Of a stretch of 64,000 bases of DNA, positions 12,263 to 23,432 are shown piece by piece; position 1 is the stretch's first letter, and each line of letters starts with the position of its first letter. Location of the stretch: positions 503,015 through 567,014 of the forward strand of contig NMRA01000218.1 in NCBI GenBank assembly GCA_002633005.1, written 5' to 3'. A program made the translations under genes and the position numbers. The notes under the pieces are model-generated. The model was given only the letters and a program-made list of their open reading frames with translations. It had not been told where the DNA came from and ran no database searches. Source of the DNA: Phoronis australis (taxonomy: Eukaryota; Animalia; Phoronida).

Positions 12263-12380
12263 TAAGCAAACCAGCTCCAAATTTTGAGGGGACTGCAGTC
12301 GTCAATGGAGAGTTTAAAGATCTGAAGTTGTCTGATTTCAGGGGAAAGTACCTTGTGTTTTTCTTCTATCCATTAGACTT
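12263..12380 (+). CDS. PRDX4: Peroxiredoxin-4 exon ([39 protein letters not shown])
   Basis: ttccag acceptor, gtgagt donor, 118 nt; typical 2-Cys Prx sequence; SKPAP and [12 protein letters not shown] are Prx4-like. Confidence 0.95.
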
Positions 12381-13735
12381 GTGAGTACATTAGTTTTTCT
12401 ATATGCTGAACTTAAAACAGGAAGGATATGTTCCCCTTTCGACAGTGAGAGTTTTTGATCAATTTGGTTGATTTTCCTTCTTCTGACATGGATTTTGAAT
12501 TGTTTTAAAATCAATTTTAATAATTTTTTCGAATCAGAAGTGGGACTCTGCGAATGCAACACAAACACTATGTCTGAATCGATGTTGTATACATTTTTTT
12601 ACCAGTTACTAGCATCATTGTTCAAGGCAAAGACAAATTGTCATGTAACTGGGCTTGGACTGAAAATCTGCCTACGTCTCGGCCATTCAACAGTTGTTAG
12701 AACTGAAAAACAAAAAAACATGGCTTACACGAAGAGTTTGACATTTTCAGAACTTGGTCACTCTGTTTGAGGAACTGCTATTTTATGAAATTTATTTATG
12801 GAAGTCGTCTAAAAAGGTTCAATATATATTTCTAGTTATTATGTAAAACATAGGTAAAAGTGCCTTCAAAAAGGTAACGTTTCCTTTTAGGTTATGTAGA
12901 ACCGGCTACAAGAATGTCAAAATTGGGTTAACTTTGGAACTGATGGAACATCGTATTTGAGAAATGGCTCTTCAATCCATATGCAACTTTATGCTCAGTC
13001 CACCAACATGTTTTTAGGGATTGTTTTTGAAAATGTTTTACGTTGGGTGTTTTCATAAGTAGGACTTATGACTTTTATGAAAAAAATCATGTTGCGTTAA
13101 GTGAAAGCAAAACGATAATTTATTAAAGTGTTTTTTTTTAAGATTTCATCCTGGAGCATTAACATGAAATGAATTTTGGTCATGATATTGACATAGTTGC
13201 TTTGTTATGGGCTTAATTTTCCTAAAAAAGTGACATGGTCATGCTATTGGTATAAAGTCAATAATCAAATTCCACAGTCTTTCTACTTTCAGAAAATAGA
13301 CACTTTTACTGAGTTCAAATGTATAGTTGTGTAGATAATTTACTCTTGGATAAGGTTATGCAAGATCTTCTGTTTCAATGTAAAAAATGACCAAAGTTCT
13401 GGCCAATTATGGTATAATTTATATTTTACAAATTAATTAAGAGTTTACCACATAATTATGGCAGTGGAAAGGAAGAATTTAATTTTGTTACATTTTCAAC
13501 GAAAAAAAAAACAAACCAAAAAATTCACCATCACTATTGTAACACCACTGAATAAAATTTTGTTTGTTTGGAACAACGTCTAAATATGTCACTTTGGCTA
13601 TTGGTTTTCTGCGTAATAAATGAAAAATTTACCATACATTTACATTGGATTTCACCCTTTGTATAATTTTTTGGCATTAGAATAAAGCCAGCTGACTGAA
13701 CACCTTGTTCACCTTGGCCTTGTGTTGTGTTTCAG

Positions 13736-13852
13736 TACTTTTGTCTGTCCCACTGAGATCATTGCATTCAGTGACCGTATTGAAGAATTCAAGGCCATCA
13801 ACACGGAGGTGGTCGCTTGCTCTGTGGACTCCCAATTTACTCACCTGGCATG
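13736..13852 (+). CDS. PRDX4: Peroxiredoxin-4 exon with the peroxidatic Cys ([39 protein letters not shown])
   Basis: tttcag acceptor, gtaagt donor, 117 nt; FVCP motif. Confidence 0.97.
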
Positions 13853-14807
13853 GTAAGTGTATTGCAATGTTACACTGTGCTGACTATCTCAAATCCACTG
13901 TAGTTTCAGCCAGCACGCTCATTGACAAACATTTATTGTTTACACGGAAAATGGTGAGATACACCATTAGATTGCTGGGCTTGATGTGGGGACCTCAAGT
14001 TTCGTTTGTCTTACTGGTGAAAATTCCAAGTCACCAGGAAGTTGCCACACACAGATCCATGCATGCACTCAAAATACTACAGGAAGTAAACAGACTGGAG
14101 TCCTTACTGTTTGACAAGAACTGCCAACCGTTCAGTAACGTTAGGATCTCGCTAAAAAGCAAGACTTCATGAGATTACGTGAGATATTGTCGTGTATTAC
14201 AGAGCATGTGTGTTGTGTATTTTAAATGAGAACACGGGACTTTGGCTAGATTTTAGCTAGGTCTTGGCGTAGGCCCTAACTTTAGTGAAGGCACGCCTGG
14301 AAGATTGTGCTCTTAACTCATGCGCAGATGTGTCCTGATCGTCTGCTTCTCCCTGTCTGAGGAGGTTAGACTTTTGTGCCAGTTTTCGTAGGTTTGGTTA
14401 CCGCATTCCCTGAAAATTTTGGCTGGTCGCATTTAGCAAGTTGCCTTTCTGCTCATTATTGAGCCCCGGATCAGTTTTAGTGAATTAACTCCTTCTAGCC
14501 TCTCAGAAAGTAGAATATGCACACTGCTCTCTATACCTTGTCCTGAAGGTTCCCATAGAAAACAGTGTAAACTGATGGGGCTACCCTCACTGTATATAAT
14601 TACGATAATAAATAAATAATAAGTGGTAAATAAATAATAAATCTTAAAAATCTGGTCCTCGAGTACTTGAATGCTAGAATATTGGAAGACATTCCATGCC
14701 AGTTGTCAATATCTACGGGCAGACCTTAGTGTTCACTTCATTCCTTTTGTTGTCGTAAGGTCTTTAATGCACAAATTACTAGCAATTACTAATTTTATTG
14801 GTTACAG

Positions 14808-14930
14808 GATAAATACTCCTCGTGATCAGGGTGGTCTGGGTCCCATGAAGATCCCGTTGTTGTCTGACCTTACTCATCAGATTTCCAAAGATTACGGCGT
14901 CCTCATGGAGGATGCAGGACACACTCTCAG
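14808..14930 (+). CDS. PRDX4: Peroxiredoxin-4 exon ([41 protein letters not shown])
   Basis: ttacag acceptor, gtaggg donor, 123 nt; GGLG motif; [15 protein letters not shown] and GHTLR are Prx4-like. Confidence 0.97.
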
Positions 14931-15022
14931 GTAGGGCACCTGGTCGGAGACTTTAAAGGACAGGTTACGTTAGAGCCGTAGTAAACTCGCCTATCATCAC
15001 AAACCAGTTTTTGATATAGACC

Positions 15023-15120
15023 CAGGTTGCCAAGTTTCCTGATTTTTCCTATTTTGTAATTTTTCCTATTTTTTCCGGAAATTTCCTATTTTTCAAGGCC
15101 TTATGTTACTTGACACCCTG
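15023..15120. mobile_element. 98-bp hAT-like MITE with an 8-bp TSD
   Basis: Ends CAGGTTGCCAAGT and ACTTGACACCCTG; exact TATAGACC at 15015-15022 and 15121-15128; internal TTTCCTATTTT repeats. Confidence 0.8.
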
Positions 15121-15496
15121 TATAGACCACTTACCATTATAGTATTGATCACTAATTGTAATTTCTTTTATTTGTCTAATTGGAGATGATTTCATGGCTT
15201 TAAAGAAGTAATTGTCCATTATTGCTCGAGACCACGTTGTACAAGTTGGCATGTCACAGCGTGACATTTTGTTCACTCTGCATGGCTCGAACAATAACGA
15301 ACTGTTTGACAAGACCATGAATTACGTGAATTTGTTCAATGGAACGCGGGTTTATTACCCCAGATAATTGACTACCAATCAGAGCTGGGCTTTCTCAATT
15401 TTTGTCTGTTATCCAGTGTATAATGTATGATATAAATCAACTCTGCCCTACTCATCGTATCCTATAATTTCTTCAGAGGTATGCATTTCGTTTCAG

Positions 15497-15662
15497 AGGG
15501 CTCTTTATCGTCGATGATAAAGGTGTATTGCGCCAGATCACAATGAACGACCTACCTGTGGGACGGTCTGTGGACGAGACTCTACGCTTAGTGCAAGCAT
15601 TTCAGTACACAGATCAACACGGGGAGGTGTGCCCAGCCGGATGGAAGCCAGGCTCTGATACT
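15497..15662 (+). CDS. PRDX4: Peroxiredoxin-4 exon with the resolving Cys ([55 protein letters not shown])
   Basis: tttcag acceptor, gtgagt donor, 166 nt; EVCP motif. Confidence 0.97.
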
Positions 15663-16227
15663 GTGAGTTGTATTGAAAAAAATGTACTAGATACTTGCAC
15701 TTATTATATTTCTGCGCTTGTGTCTGTAATTTCCATTACATTGTTTTAATGTATTGTCTGTCTTTACGGAGTTTGGATTTTTATTGAATTATTAAATAAA
15801 TTTTGTTTATGCATCAATAGTTTATTGGAACTTGTTGAAATGCTCTGCTGTCATTCTTTACAGAGTTAAGATGTTTTATTGAAATTAATAAAACTCTGAT
15901 TGCTATCTGTTCAGATTTTTTCCCTCTCTGAAGTACATTGTTCATAATTCTTAGTTCACTTCACAATCGTCATCCCCGTGTACTGTCAGTTGCACACTGA
16001 GTCACAATGCTGGAAATTTAACTAATAAAATTTGGGCACGTATGTATGGATGTGCTCGTCTAACTCTTGAAAGTGTCTGACGTTTAGAAAACTTGGCATC
16101 TAAAGACTGAATGAAGCAGGAATATGTTCTTACTATTGGTCAACAGTTTGTTATTGTCTGCTAATGATTTCAGTAAATGTGTGTAGTACAAAGTTGAATC
16201 TAATCTATGTTTTCTGGTCAATTTCAG

Positions 16228-16278
16228 ATAATTCCAAATCCTGACGACAAACTCAAGTACTTCAGCAAGCATGGGTAG
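16228..16278 (+). CDS. PRDX4: Peroxiredoxin-4 last coding exon (IIPNPDDKLKYFSKHG*)
   Basis: tttcag acceptor, phase 0, YF motif, TAG stop. Confidence 0.93.
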   Translation: MIPNPDDKLKYFSKHG

Positions 16279-16639
16279 ATCATTATTCTTCATCATGACA
16301 GTTATATTTTCTTCCGAAAATTCAAATTTCCATCAGGCATTCACTATACTCCTTGTAGATGTTCTATTTAAAGACAAAAAAATACATGCATGACAAAGAT
16401 ATTGTATCTGGGATGTCTCACAAGTCATTGGTTCTTCTCATATCTTGGACGTCTCCACTCACATCAGATCTCCAGTTGTGCTATTCCATCTGTTAATTGT
16501 GACTAGGTTGTTTACTTTTATGTTTTCTTAAAACATAACGTAAAAAATGAAATTCTCATTTAAAACACTCTGTTGTACTTAACAGACTTCTGCTCATGGT
16601 TGATAACGGTAATTTCTCGACGTGTCGGGTATTCTGTGT

Positions 16640-17400
16640 GCCTTTTATTAAAGTTACGTTTCATTCTCTCTGTACTTATGATAAATACTTGCTACGTTTA
16701 CCTCCAGTACCTTTCATTGTCCTACATTTTTGTTGCGTTTCCGTCAGCATTGTAAATGCATTTTCATTTGTTAAAGGCAGCTGATTTCTGTGTTGAAGGT
16801 GTATTAAGCTGTGACCTTGGTAGGTTACGTTCGAAAGAGTTGGTTAATTAGACAGACTGTGCTACACCAGGGCTGTGGTGTACATATTGCGAAAATCGCT
16901 GTTATTTTTGCAAATTAATATGTGACGACTTTAGAGTCTTTCATACTAACATCAATGCGTCGATGTTTTGGGGGAGTTGTGGTTAGTGTTAATGTTAACA
17001 TCGGTACTGGATCGAAGTTGTCAGCGACTCGTGTAACTCAACAGTGAACTGGTGGATTTAATGTCTGAACGTCAATGCTTTGCCGCGGCGTGAGGGCGAA
17101 CTTCAGTGTCTCTTCTTTTCCGAAGCTGGAGTGAACGATTCAACTATCTTCGCAGTTGACATCCACGCTCCTCTCGTAACGGTGTTAAATTGGTATGATA
17201 GGGTCTTTAGGGTCTTGTGTGATCTCATTATTGTCTGTGTGGTTGGTAAATAGTTGTTCTATGAATACAGTAACAATATTGTATAGCATCCTCCTCTTGT
17301 CCAGTGCTTTATTTGGCAATTGTAATTAAAATTTACTGCTCGTGATTGCACAAGAGCTCTCATGATAATACTGATGGTCTAGCTAATGTCGCCATGATGT
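16640..17400 (-). pseudogene. Possible decayed class-A GPCR fragment (TM5 to TM7)
   Basis: Minus-strand translation, interrupted by stops and frameshifts, gives IMATL/TISIIMRALVQSR, MKDSKVVTY*FAKITAIFAICT and LEVNVASIYHKYRE in the expected order. Resemblance judged by eye only. Confidence 0.25.
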
Positions 17401-18529
17401 AGGATTACAGTAGTTTTCAAAAAAGTTGAACAATTTTGTCAAAATTTGCTTGGCTTTTTCGGAAAAAATGGCTGGATATCATTTAGAGATCAGCCGGAAA
17501 TTTTTGCTATTTTTCCTAACAGTATGTGCCAAAACAGGCAGTTTCACTTCTTTAATGGATGGGTGTGTCTTATTTAATTTTGATGCTTTGTACAGGTTAA
17601 ATACAACTTGTTGTGAAGTAGTTATTTATCAAAATTGTAATGATTTTCATTTTGCTCACATCTTGGGAACAATTAGTCTTAGCAAAAGTGTTGTGTTTTC
17701 AATCGCCTGTCGTCTGCTTTGAAAAATGTTTATTGGGCACTTGTTATATTCCATTCTAAAGCACGAAGTATTTGAACCAAAGTGCTGAGTTTCAATAAAA
17801 CTTCAGGTTTAAATTTTGAAACTTGCTTTGGATTTTTTCTTTTATTGTATTGTATTGTGTTAGACCTTTGTTTTACACGTCAATTTTTGATTCCTCATAA
17901 AAGAAGAGTTTCACAGATATACATAAAGACTTCTGCCAAATCTCGCTTTCAGTTCCACATTTTTTAGTATTTTTTAAGACTCATTGTTTTTATGCGCAAT
18001 CTTTTACAAAGTCCTGTTTTAGGAAAGCAAATCGGTGCAAACCGTGCCTGATGATTTTTATTGACAAATTTTGGCTATTAAAATAAAATTCCTCTTGTAT
18101 GCCCTATTGTGTACTTGTTTTTTAGGGTATTTGGCTAAAAGCAATTGTTTAATTGGCCTAAACAGTGCACGTTTGCTGGCTCTTCAGAATTAAAGGGACT
18201 TTATCAGACAGAAACAGAATTTTCTGAGACCAGCCTTAGCGTAGAGTGGAGCTTAGTGGCTGCTTAAGGTGTGCTGTAACAAAAGTTGACCTGTCAATAT
18301 TAAATAGGCTTACAAAAGACTGGACATAGACTTTTTAACTCTTCTGAAACTTCTGGTGGGATATCGTGACCCGATAGGCTCTATTGAACAGGTTGGGAGA
18401 GTGCACTTAATAACACGTGTATGTGATTTAGGGCTCCGAAATTCATAATCCTTCGATTTAATTTGTAGTGTGGACGTGACTCAAGTCGTGTTCATACTAT
18501 GATTTATCCTCGGCTGGAGCAACTTTGCC

Positions 18530-18870
18530 CTGTTACCGACTTCTGGTATCAAGTTTCCAAATAGTGGTCCGTTTATTCGGAAAATTCCCTCTTAAAAGCC
18601 TTCTCAGCATCGTCTTTTAGTCACAAATTCAGTTTTGTGGAACACTTATCATTTATAAAAACGAACAAAGTGTTGGAGAACTATGCATTTATTAACATAA
18701 ATTTATTACATATTATATTCAGTCCTTGCTGGCAGTGGCACTTGTGCAGCTGAAGTTATGACTTCCATTTGCATGCCCCCTTTTCCGAATAAACGCCGGG
18801 GCGTTTATTTGGTATTATCTGAAACGGTTGAAATACACGACCATGGGATTATCTACGGAAAATACCGGTA
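18530..18870 (+). mobile_element. 5'-truncated copy of the TA-flanked MITE family also at 40441 and 43136
   Basis: Shares GTCACAAATTCAGTTTTGTGG...TCATTTATAAAAACGAACAA and the end ATCTACGGAAAATACCGGTA with those copies. Confidence 0.75.
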
Positions 18871-19273
18871 TCTGTCATGTGTTGATTGCTGGAGAATGCA
18901 AGAACACGTGACTTGTCGAACTTGACGTAATGTTTCAGTCCGCACATCAGTTTAATTTGAATTATAGTCCAAAATTATCCACTGAAAAGTAAACAGCCAT
19001 CAATCTTAAAGTGGATGGTGACGCTGACTATAAAATACTCACGACCTTAAAATTCAAATTACACTCAAATGATTTGAATTTAAATTAAAAATGACAAAGA
19101 TATGTACATTTGAAAAGATTACGTTACCGGTAAATGATAAATTATAGAACATGCACAGTTGGTTCATAGCTACCATTATACGCAAATACCCATGTGCACC
19201 GCATAGGTTTATTTTTGTTCAAACAGTCATGATGTAACACTATATACCATTAGAATAGGCAAAACCTAATCTG

Positions 19274-19675
19274 GGCCCGGTCTCTAATCTTTGTACTCGA
19301 AACGAACTCGAAACTATTTTTGGCAATTTCTCTGCTCCTTTTGTACGAACTTAAGATAATTGGTTATCAGACTGTGCTCGAATACATTATAGTTTAGCAT
19401 AGGAGTTTCTAGTTCAAGTTTGGCCTTGAAGAGCGGACCCTTATATTCGTGCTACAATCTCGAGTAAAAACTCAAAATTTCGAGTTCAAACTCGAACTTA
19501 TTGCTTTAATATTGGGTTTACAAACTGTGAACTAAGGGCAATAAATTATCTACGTAAGTTATTGTGTACTCGAGCATAGAATAATAGACACTTGTCTTGA
19601 GTTCGCCCAAAAGTAGAGTAGAAAATGCCAAACCTAATTTCGAGTTCCACTTCGAGTAAAAAGATTGGAGACCGG
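19274..19675. mobile_element. PIF/Harbinger-like MITE A (TIR GGCCCGGTCTC, TSD CTG); its right TIR is interrupted by element B
   Basis: ctg|GGCCCGGTCTCTAATCT ... AGATTGGAGACCGG, then element B, then ctg GCC|ctg at 21021-21029. Confidence 0.75.
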
Positions 19676-21020
19676 GGCCCGGTCTCCAATCTCCGTACTC
19701 AGACTCATACTCATACTCGAGATTTCATACTCAAAATCGTGCTCACTGGAGTCGTACTCAAAAAAGCGTATCTAATGTCGTATTTCGAGTAGACTCCAAA
19801 CGTACTCAAATCTGACTCTCATACTCGAGTTGCTATGGAACTCTTTATGATGTGAAATGCAAAATCACGCAAAGCCGCGCTGATTCATCGCTCCCTATTG
19901 GAATAGACCACCCCAAGAACAAGGCCTACATTATCGTCTGCTGTCTCTACAACTACAACAGTATGTCTATAACGTGGAATTCTGAGTGTTCTGTAACTGT
20001 TATTCATTTTTTAGTTTCAATAAATATTCTTGTGCCATTTCTTTGATACATTTGGCAATTATTAAACTTCACTTCTTGAGTTCCTCACCCAGTCCCGAAA
20101 ATGTCTTTTAAAAGAAATGTGTAACAGCTTATCACATCACATCTCTGTTGCTAATTTAGTCTTGACATAAAACCCATTGCTGTGTAGGCCTACGCTGATG
20201 TCAAACTTTGATACTGTATTTTACCGGGATGTATCAAGTGAGTTGACATTTGGCACGTGAGTTAAAAAACAATACTTGTGCAGGCATTCAGAGTTCACCA
20301 GTGGCAGTGAACGAGACGAGACGTCTACTTAGAAATCGGCAAACAAAATCTGGAATTCCGAGTCCATTTGGGGATGGGAAGCGAACTGTTTTTAACTTCC
20401 CTCCCCTCCTCGTCTTTTGGAAACCCTACAAAACGTAGGCACACATACCGAAATAAGGGCAGCACAAACTTCTCACACGACTTTTCCCACAACTGCTTTC
20501 GACGCTTGTTATGACTCGCCGACAAGGGATTACTGAATGCGCCTGTTGCCAGGAATTGTAGAGGTAGAATGGCGGCCATAACATACAGTGATACGGCGGG
20601 TTAATAAGGTGAAGAATAAGAAGATTTAAGATGAAAATTATTATCTCTGAACTGAAATTGACGTGCTGAGATACGGTAAGAGGACTTATTTTTTTAGATT
20701 TGCTGTGTTTCTTGGTTCCCTTTCGATATTTTGTTCTCTGGCTCGTATTTATTTTCGAGTACGATTTCAAGCACACTGCCATACCAAACTTGAAATTTGA
20801 GCATAGACTCCGAATTTTTACTCAAAATCGTACTCGAAATATAGATGAGATACACTTCAGTTCGAGTACACTCGAAAACTGAGTACGTGCTCGAAATTTC
20901 GAGTACAGATTTTTCGAGTATGACATTGAATACACCAAAGCTGAGTCTGTACTCGAGTTGAGTATGAAGTGTGAGTTTGAGCATGATTCGAGTCTGAGTA
21001 CGGAGATTGGAGACCGGGCC
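19676..21020. mobile_element. PIF/Harbinger-like non-autonomous element B (1345 bp) with subterminal TACTC/GAGTA repeats and a possible Myb/SANT remnant
   Basis: Perfect terminal inverted repeat GGCCCGGTCTCCAATCTCCGTACTCAGACTC; many TACTC and GAGTA subterminal motifs; minus-strand peptide GAFSNPLSASHNKRRKQLWEKSCEK. Confidence 0.85.
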
Positions 21021-21204
21021 CTGGCCCTGGTCCTGGGCATCCACGTCGTTTGAGCGTCTTGCACAGGCATGGCCAGATATGCCGGCGGACAGAAACTCTG
21101 AATACAGAGTAGCAAAAATCGCAGAATTTTAGAGCCTAAGCTGGAAGTAATTTATTGGTACATTGGTTCTAGGTTCGAAGCTAGAGATGTTTCACGACTA
21201 GGTC

Positions 21205-21211
21205 AAAAAAA
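21205..21211 (-). terminator. Pol III oligo-T terminator of tRNA-Leu
   Basis: A7 on the plus strand, i.e. T7 on the minus strand, 16 nt after the tRNA 3' end. Confidence 0.8.
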
Positions 21212-21227
21212 TGTCGTTGCTTACGGC

Positions 21228-21310
21228 TAGTACGGGTGGGGTTCGAACCCACGCGGACATACGTCCATTGGAACTTAAGTCCAACGCCTTAACCACTCGG
21301 CCACCGTACT
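21228..21310 (-). tRNA. tRNA-Leu-TAA: tRNA-Leu, anticodon TAA (83 nt, long variable arm, no intron)
   Basis: Reverse complement AGTACGG TGGCCGAGTGGTTAAGGCG TTGGA CTTAAGT TCCAA TGGACGTATGTCCGC GTGGG TTCGAAC CCCAC CCGTACT A: perfect acceptor and anticodon stems, A and B boxes present. Confidence 0.97.
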
Positions 21311-21484
21311 TTACAGGAAGTATCTGGTGAAAAATGTAGGATTTACAATAAGTTTTATAAATTTATCTTAAAAATTACTAATTTTTCTAATTATTATAGT
21401 TTATTATGTTTGTTGCTATTTTTATTCAGAAAGTGATATCCACCAGCAATATTTAGTGCTTACTGAAGCTCTGTATCGCCTGTG

Positions 21485-21553
21485 TGTTGCAACCAATATG
21501 TAGCTCATTGGTTGCAACAACGTGACGTCATAACAACTGTTCCAAATAGCAAC
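21485..21553 (+). promoter_or_regulatory. ARL13B proximal promoter: inverted CCAAT pair, CRE (TGACGTCA) and RFX X-box-like site
   Basis: 13-bp inverted repeat TGTTGCAACCAAT (21485-21497) / ATTGGTTGCAACA (21507-21519); TGACGTCA at 21523-21530; GTTCCAAATAGCAAC at 21539-21553; about 300 bp before the ATG. Confidence 0.55.
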
Positions 21554-21834
21554 CATGTTGAGATTGAGAGACTTCCGATAGCATCGGAACAGAACGAATC
21601 TCTGTTGGAAAACTAAGTCGCTGTGTGAAGTCGGTTCGTCGGTAGTTTATACTAAGTACAATATTGTCTTTGGGAAGTGAAATGACGAATTAAGAACAGG
21701 AGATCGACTAATTTTACATTAACAGACTACAGAGCGTTGAACACTCAGCCAGAAAATTCGGCTCAGCTGATTCCGAGTCCTTCATTCATGATTCATGTGA
21801 TCGCACTGTTATAAGTCTCCATATAAGGCTACAG

Positions 21835-21893
21835 ATGATTAGTCTGATGGGGAATTGTATGTCATGGATCAAGAAGAAGCAGAGTCCAAGAAA
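21835..21893 (+). CDS. ARL13B: ARL13B exon 1 (MISLMGNCMSWIKKKQSPRK)
   Basis: Resembles the ARL13B N-terminus (MFSLMASCCGWFKR in human); AA|gtacgt donor, phase 2, 59 nt. Confidence 0.9.
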
Positions 21894-23361
21894 GTACGTA
21901 TTTTTGTTTGATTTTCTTGGTGGTTCAGTTCACGTACCGGCATCCAGGGCGATGTAAATTGCCTAGAGCCTAGCCTAGGCTAGGGTCAGTCTGGGCAGTA
22001 TGGCTAGGCTAGTAGGGGGTAAGGTAAAGGGCTATATTTAGATTGGGTCAAAAGGAGACCAATGACATGTTTATACCAAGAGCTAAAATTTAGCATCATG
22101 TCCGATTGAAAACGGACCTACCTTCAAACGTGGTCCATATTTATTATACCTTGCTAAGTTACTGGGAATTTAAAGTCTACTCAATTTGTTGCAGTGAGAT
22201 GCAGATTGAATGATGGTTGCTAGCTGGGTAGGCCCACTAGAAAATTTCAGCAACACTGTGACTTGTATTCGGATTGCACTTGCACATCATGTGAGAGAGA
22301 TCGTCTAAGATGCTTTATCTGTGGATGAACGTCACACCTGTCACAACATAGCCACTGTATTTTACTTTTTAAAACCATCTCTGTGACACTTAACTGGCAC
22401 ACTAAATTTATATCAAACTGGTGAAGAATACCCCCTCCCATCTGAGCAATATGTCCCCACTTTTCCATTAAATTGGCGGGCCCTCCCTTATGGCCACCCA
22501 GCATCGCACTTGAAAAAATAGTGTAGGCCTGTTAGTCTTATCTGTTTACCTGGACAGGACAATTTGTTTCCACTAAAGTGAATTTGAATAGATTACTTTC
22601 TGTTAGTGACCAGTTAAATATAGGGATATTCGTTTTGTATGGAGTGCTGTCAGGATAATAGACTGACCGGTCAGTGACAACCTGTGCCTACCTATCCACT
22701 GAATAAAATGTGTTGGGATTTCCATCCACTAGGAATGATACTTGATAGTGATATGTAAACTATCTCACCAGGAGCTGGTATAGCATTTAACCCTCAGTAT
22801 ACAATATCTTTTGTGACCTGTCTCTTGCAGTAACTGCCATACCATATTACCGTCCAGTGATTTTATGTGAGTTTGCAATAGACACCACCATGCAGTTATC
22901 ATAATCATAATCATAAGACCAATTACTGTTCTCAGGTGAATGGACTAGAAAGTTAAAGTGTTATTCCATGCTAATTGAAGACTTACCGGAAAACAAGTTT
23001 TGAAATATTTTGTTCAAGTTGTTGACCAATTGTGCTAATGAATGGAAGAACATTTAATTGTGGAAACGAGGCAATTCTTCACTTATTTAGCACACCATAT
23101 GACTGACAAGTGAAATTCTATTTTGTGAAATTTCTTCACAAAAGAAAGATTTCAGTCTGCTATTACACATTGTTTGCAGTGTGTAGATAAGATGTAGTAA
23201 AACAATACGGTAGAGATTCTAGTATATTTGCACTGAGGTAGTTAGCTTTTGGAAATCGTAAAAATGACAATTTTGGAAATTACGTTTGCACAAAATCATA
23301 AGTAGCTGGTTCCTTACAGTATTCTTTATTGCATAGCTTATAGTTGTTGTCATTGTTTCAG

Positions 23362-23432
23362 GAAGCTGACTCTGGTTATGATTGGCTTGGACAATGCAGG
23401 CAAGACTTTGACAGCCCTTGGGCTCCAGGGAG
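23362..23432 (+). CDS. ARL13B: ARL13B exon 2, copy 1 ([23 protein letters not shown]; P-loop)
   Basis: tttcag acceptor, gtgagt donor, 71 nt; GLDNAGKT G1 motif. Confidence 0.93.

Noticed and set aside
19676-21020. Short TACTC/GAGTA repeats resembling a repeat-spacer array
   Set aside because: Irregular subterminal transposon repeats in a eukaryotic locus; no constant repeat-spacer period and no cas genes.
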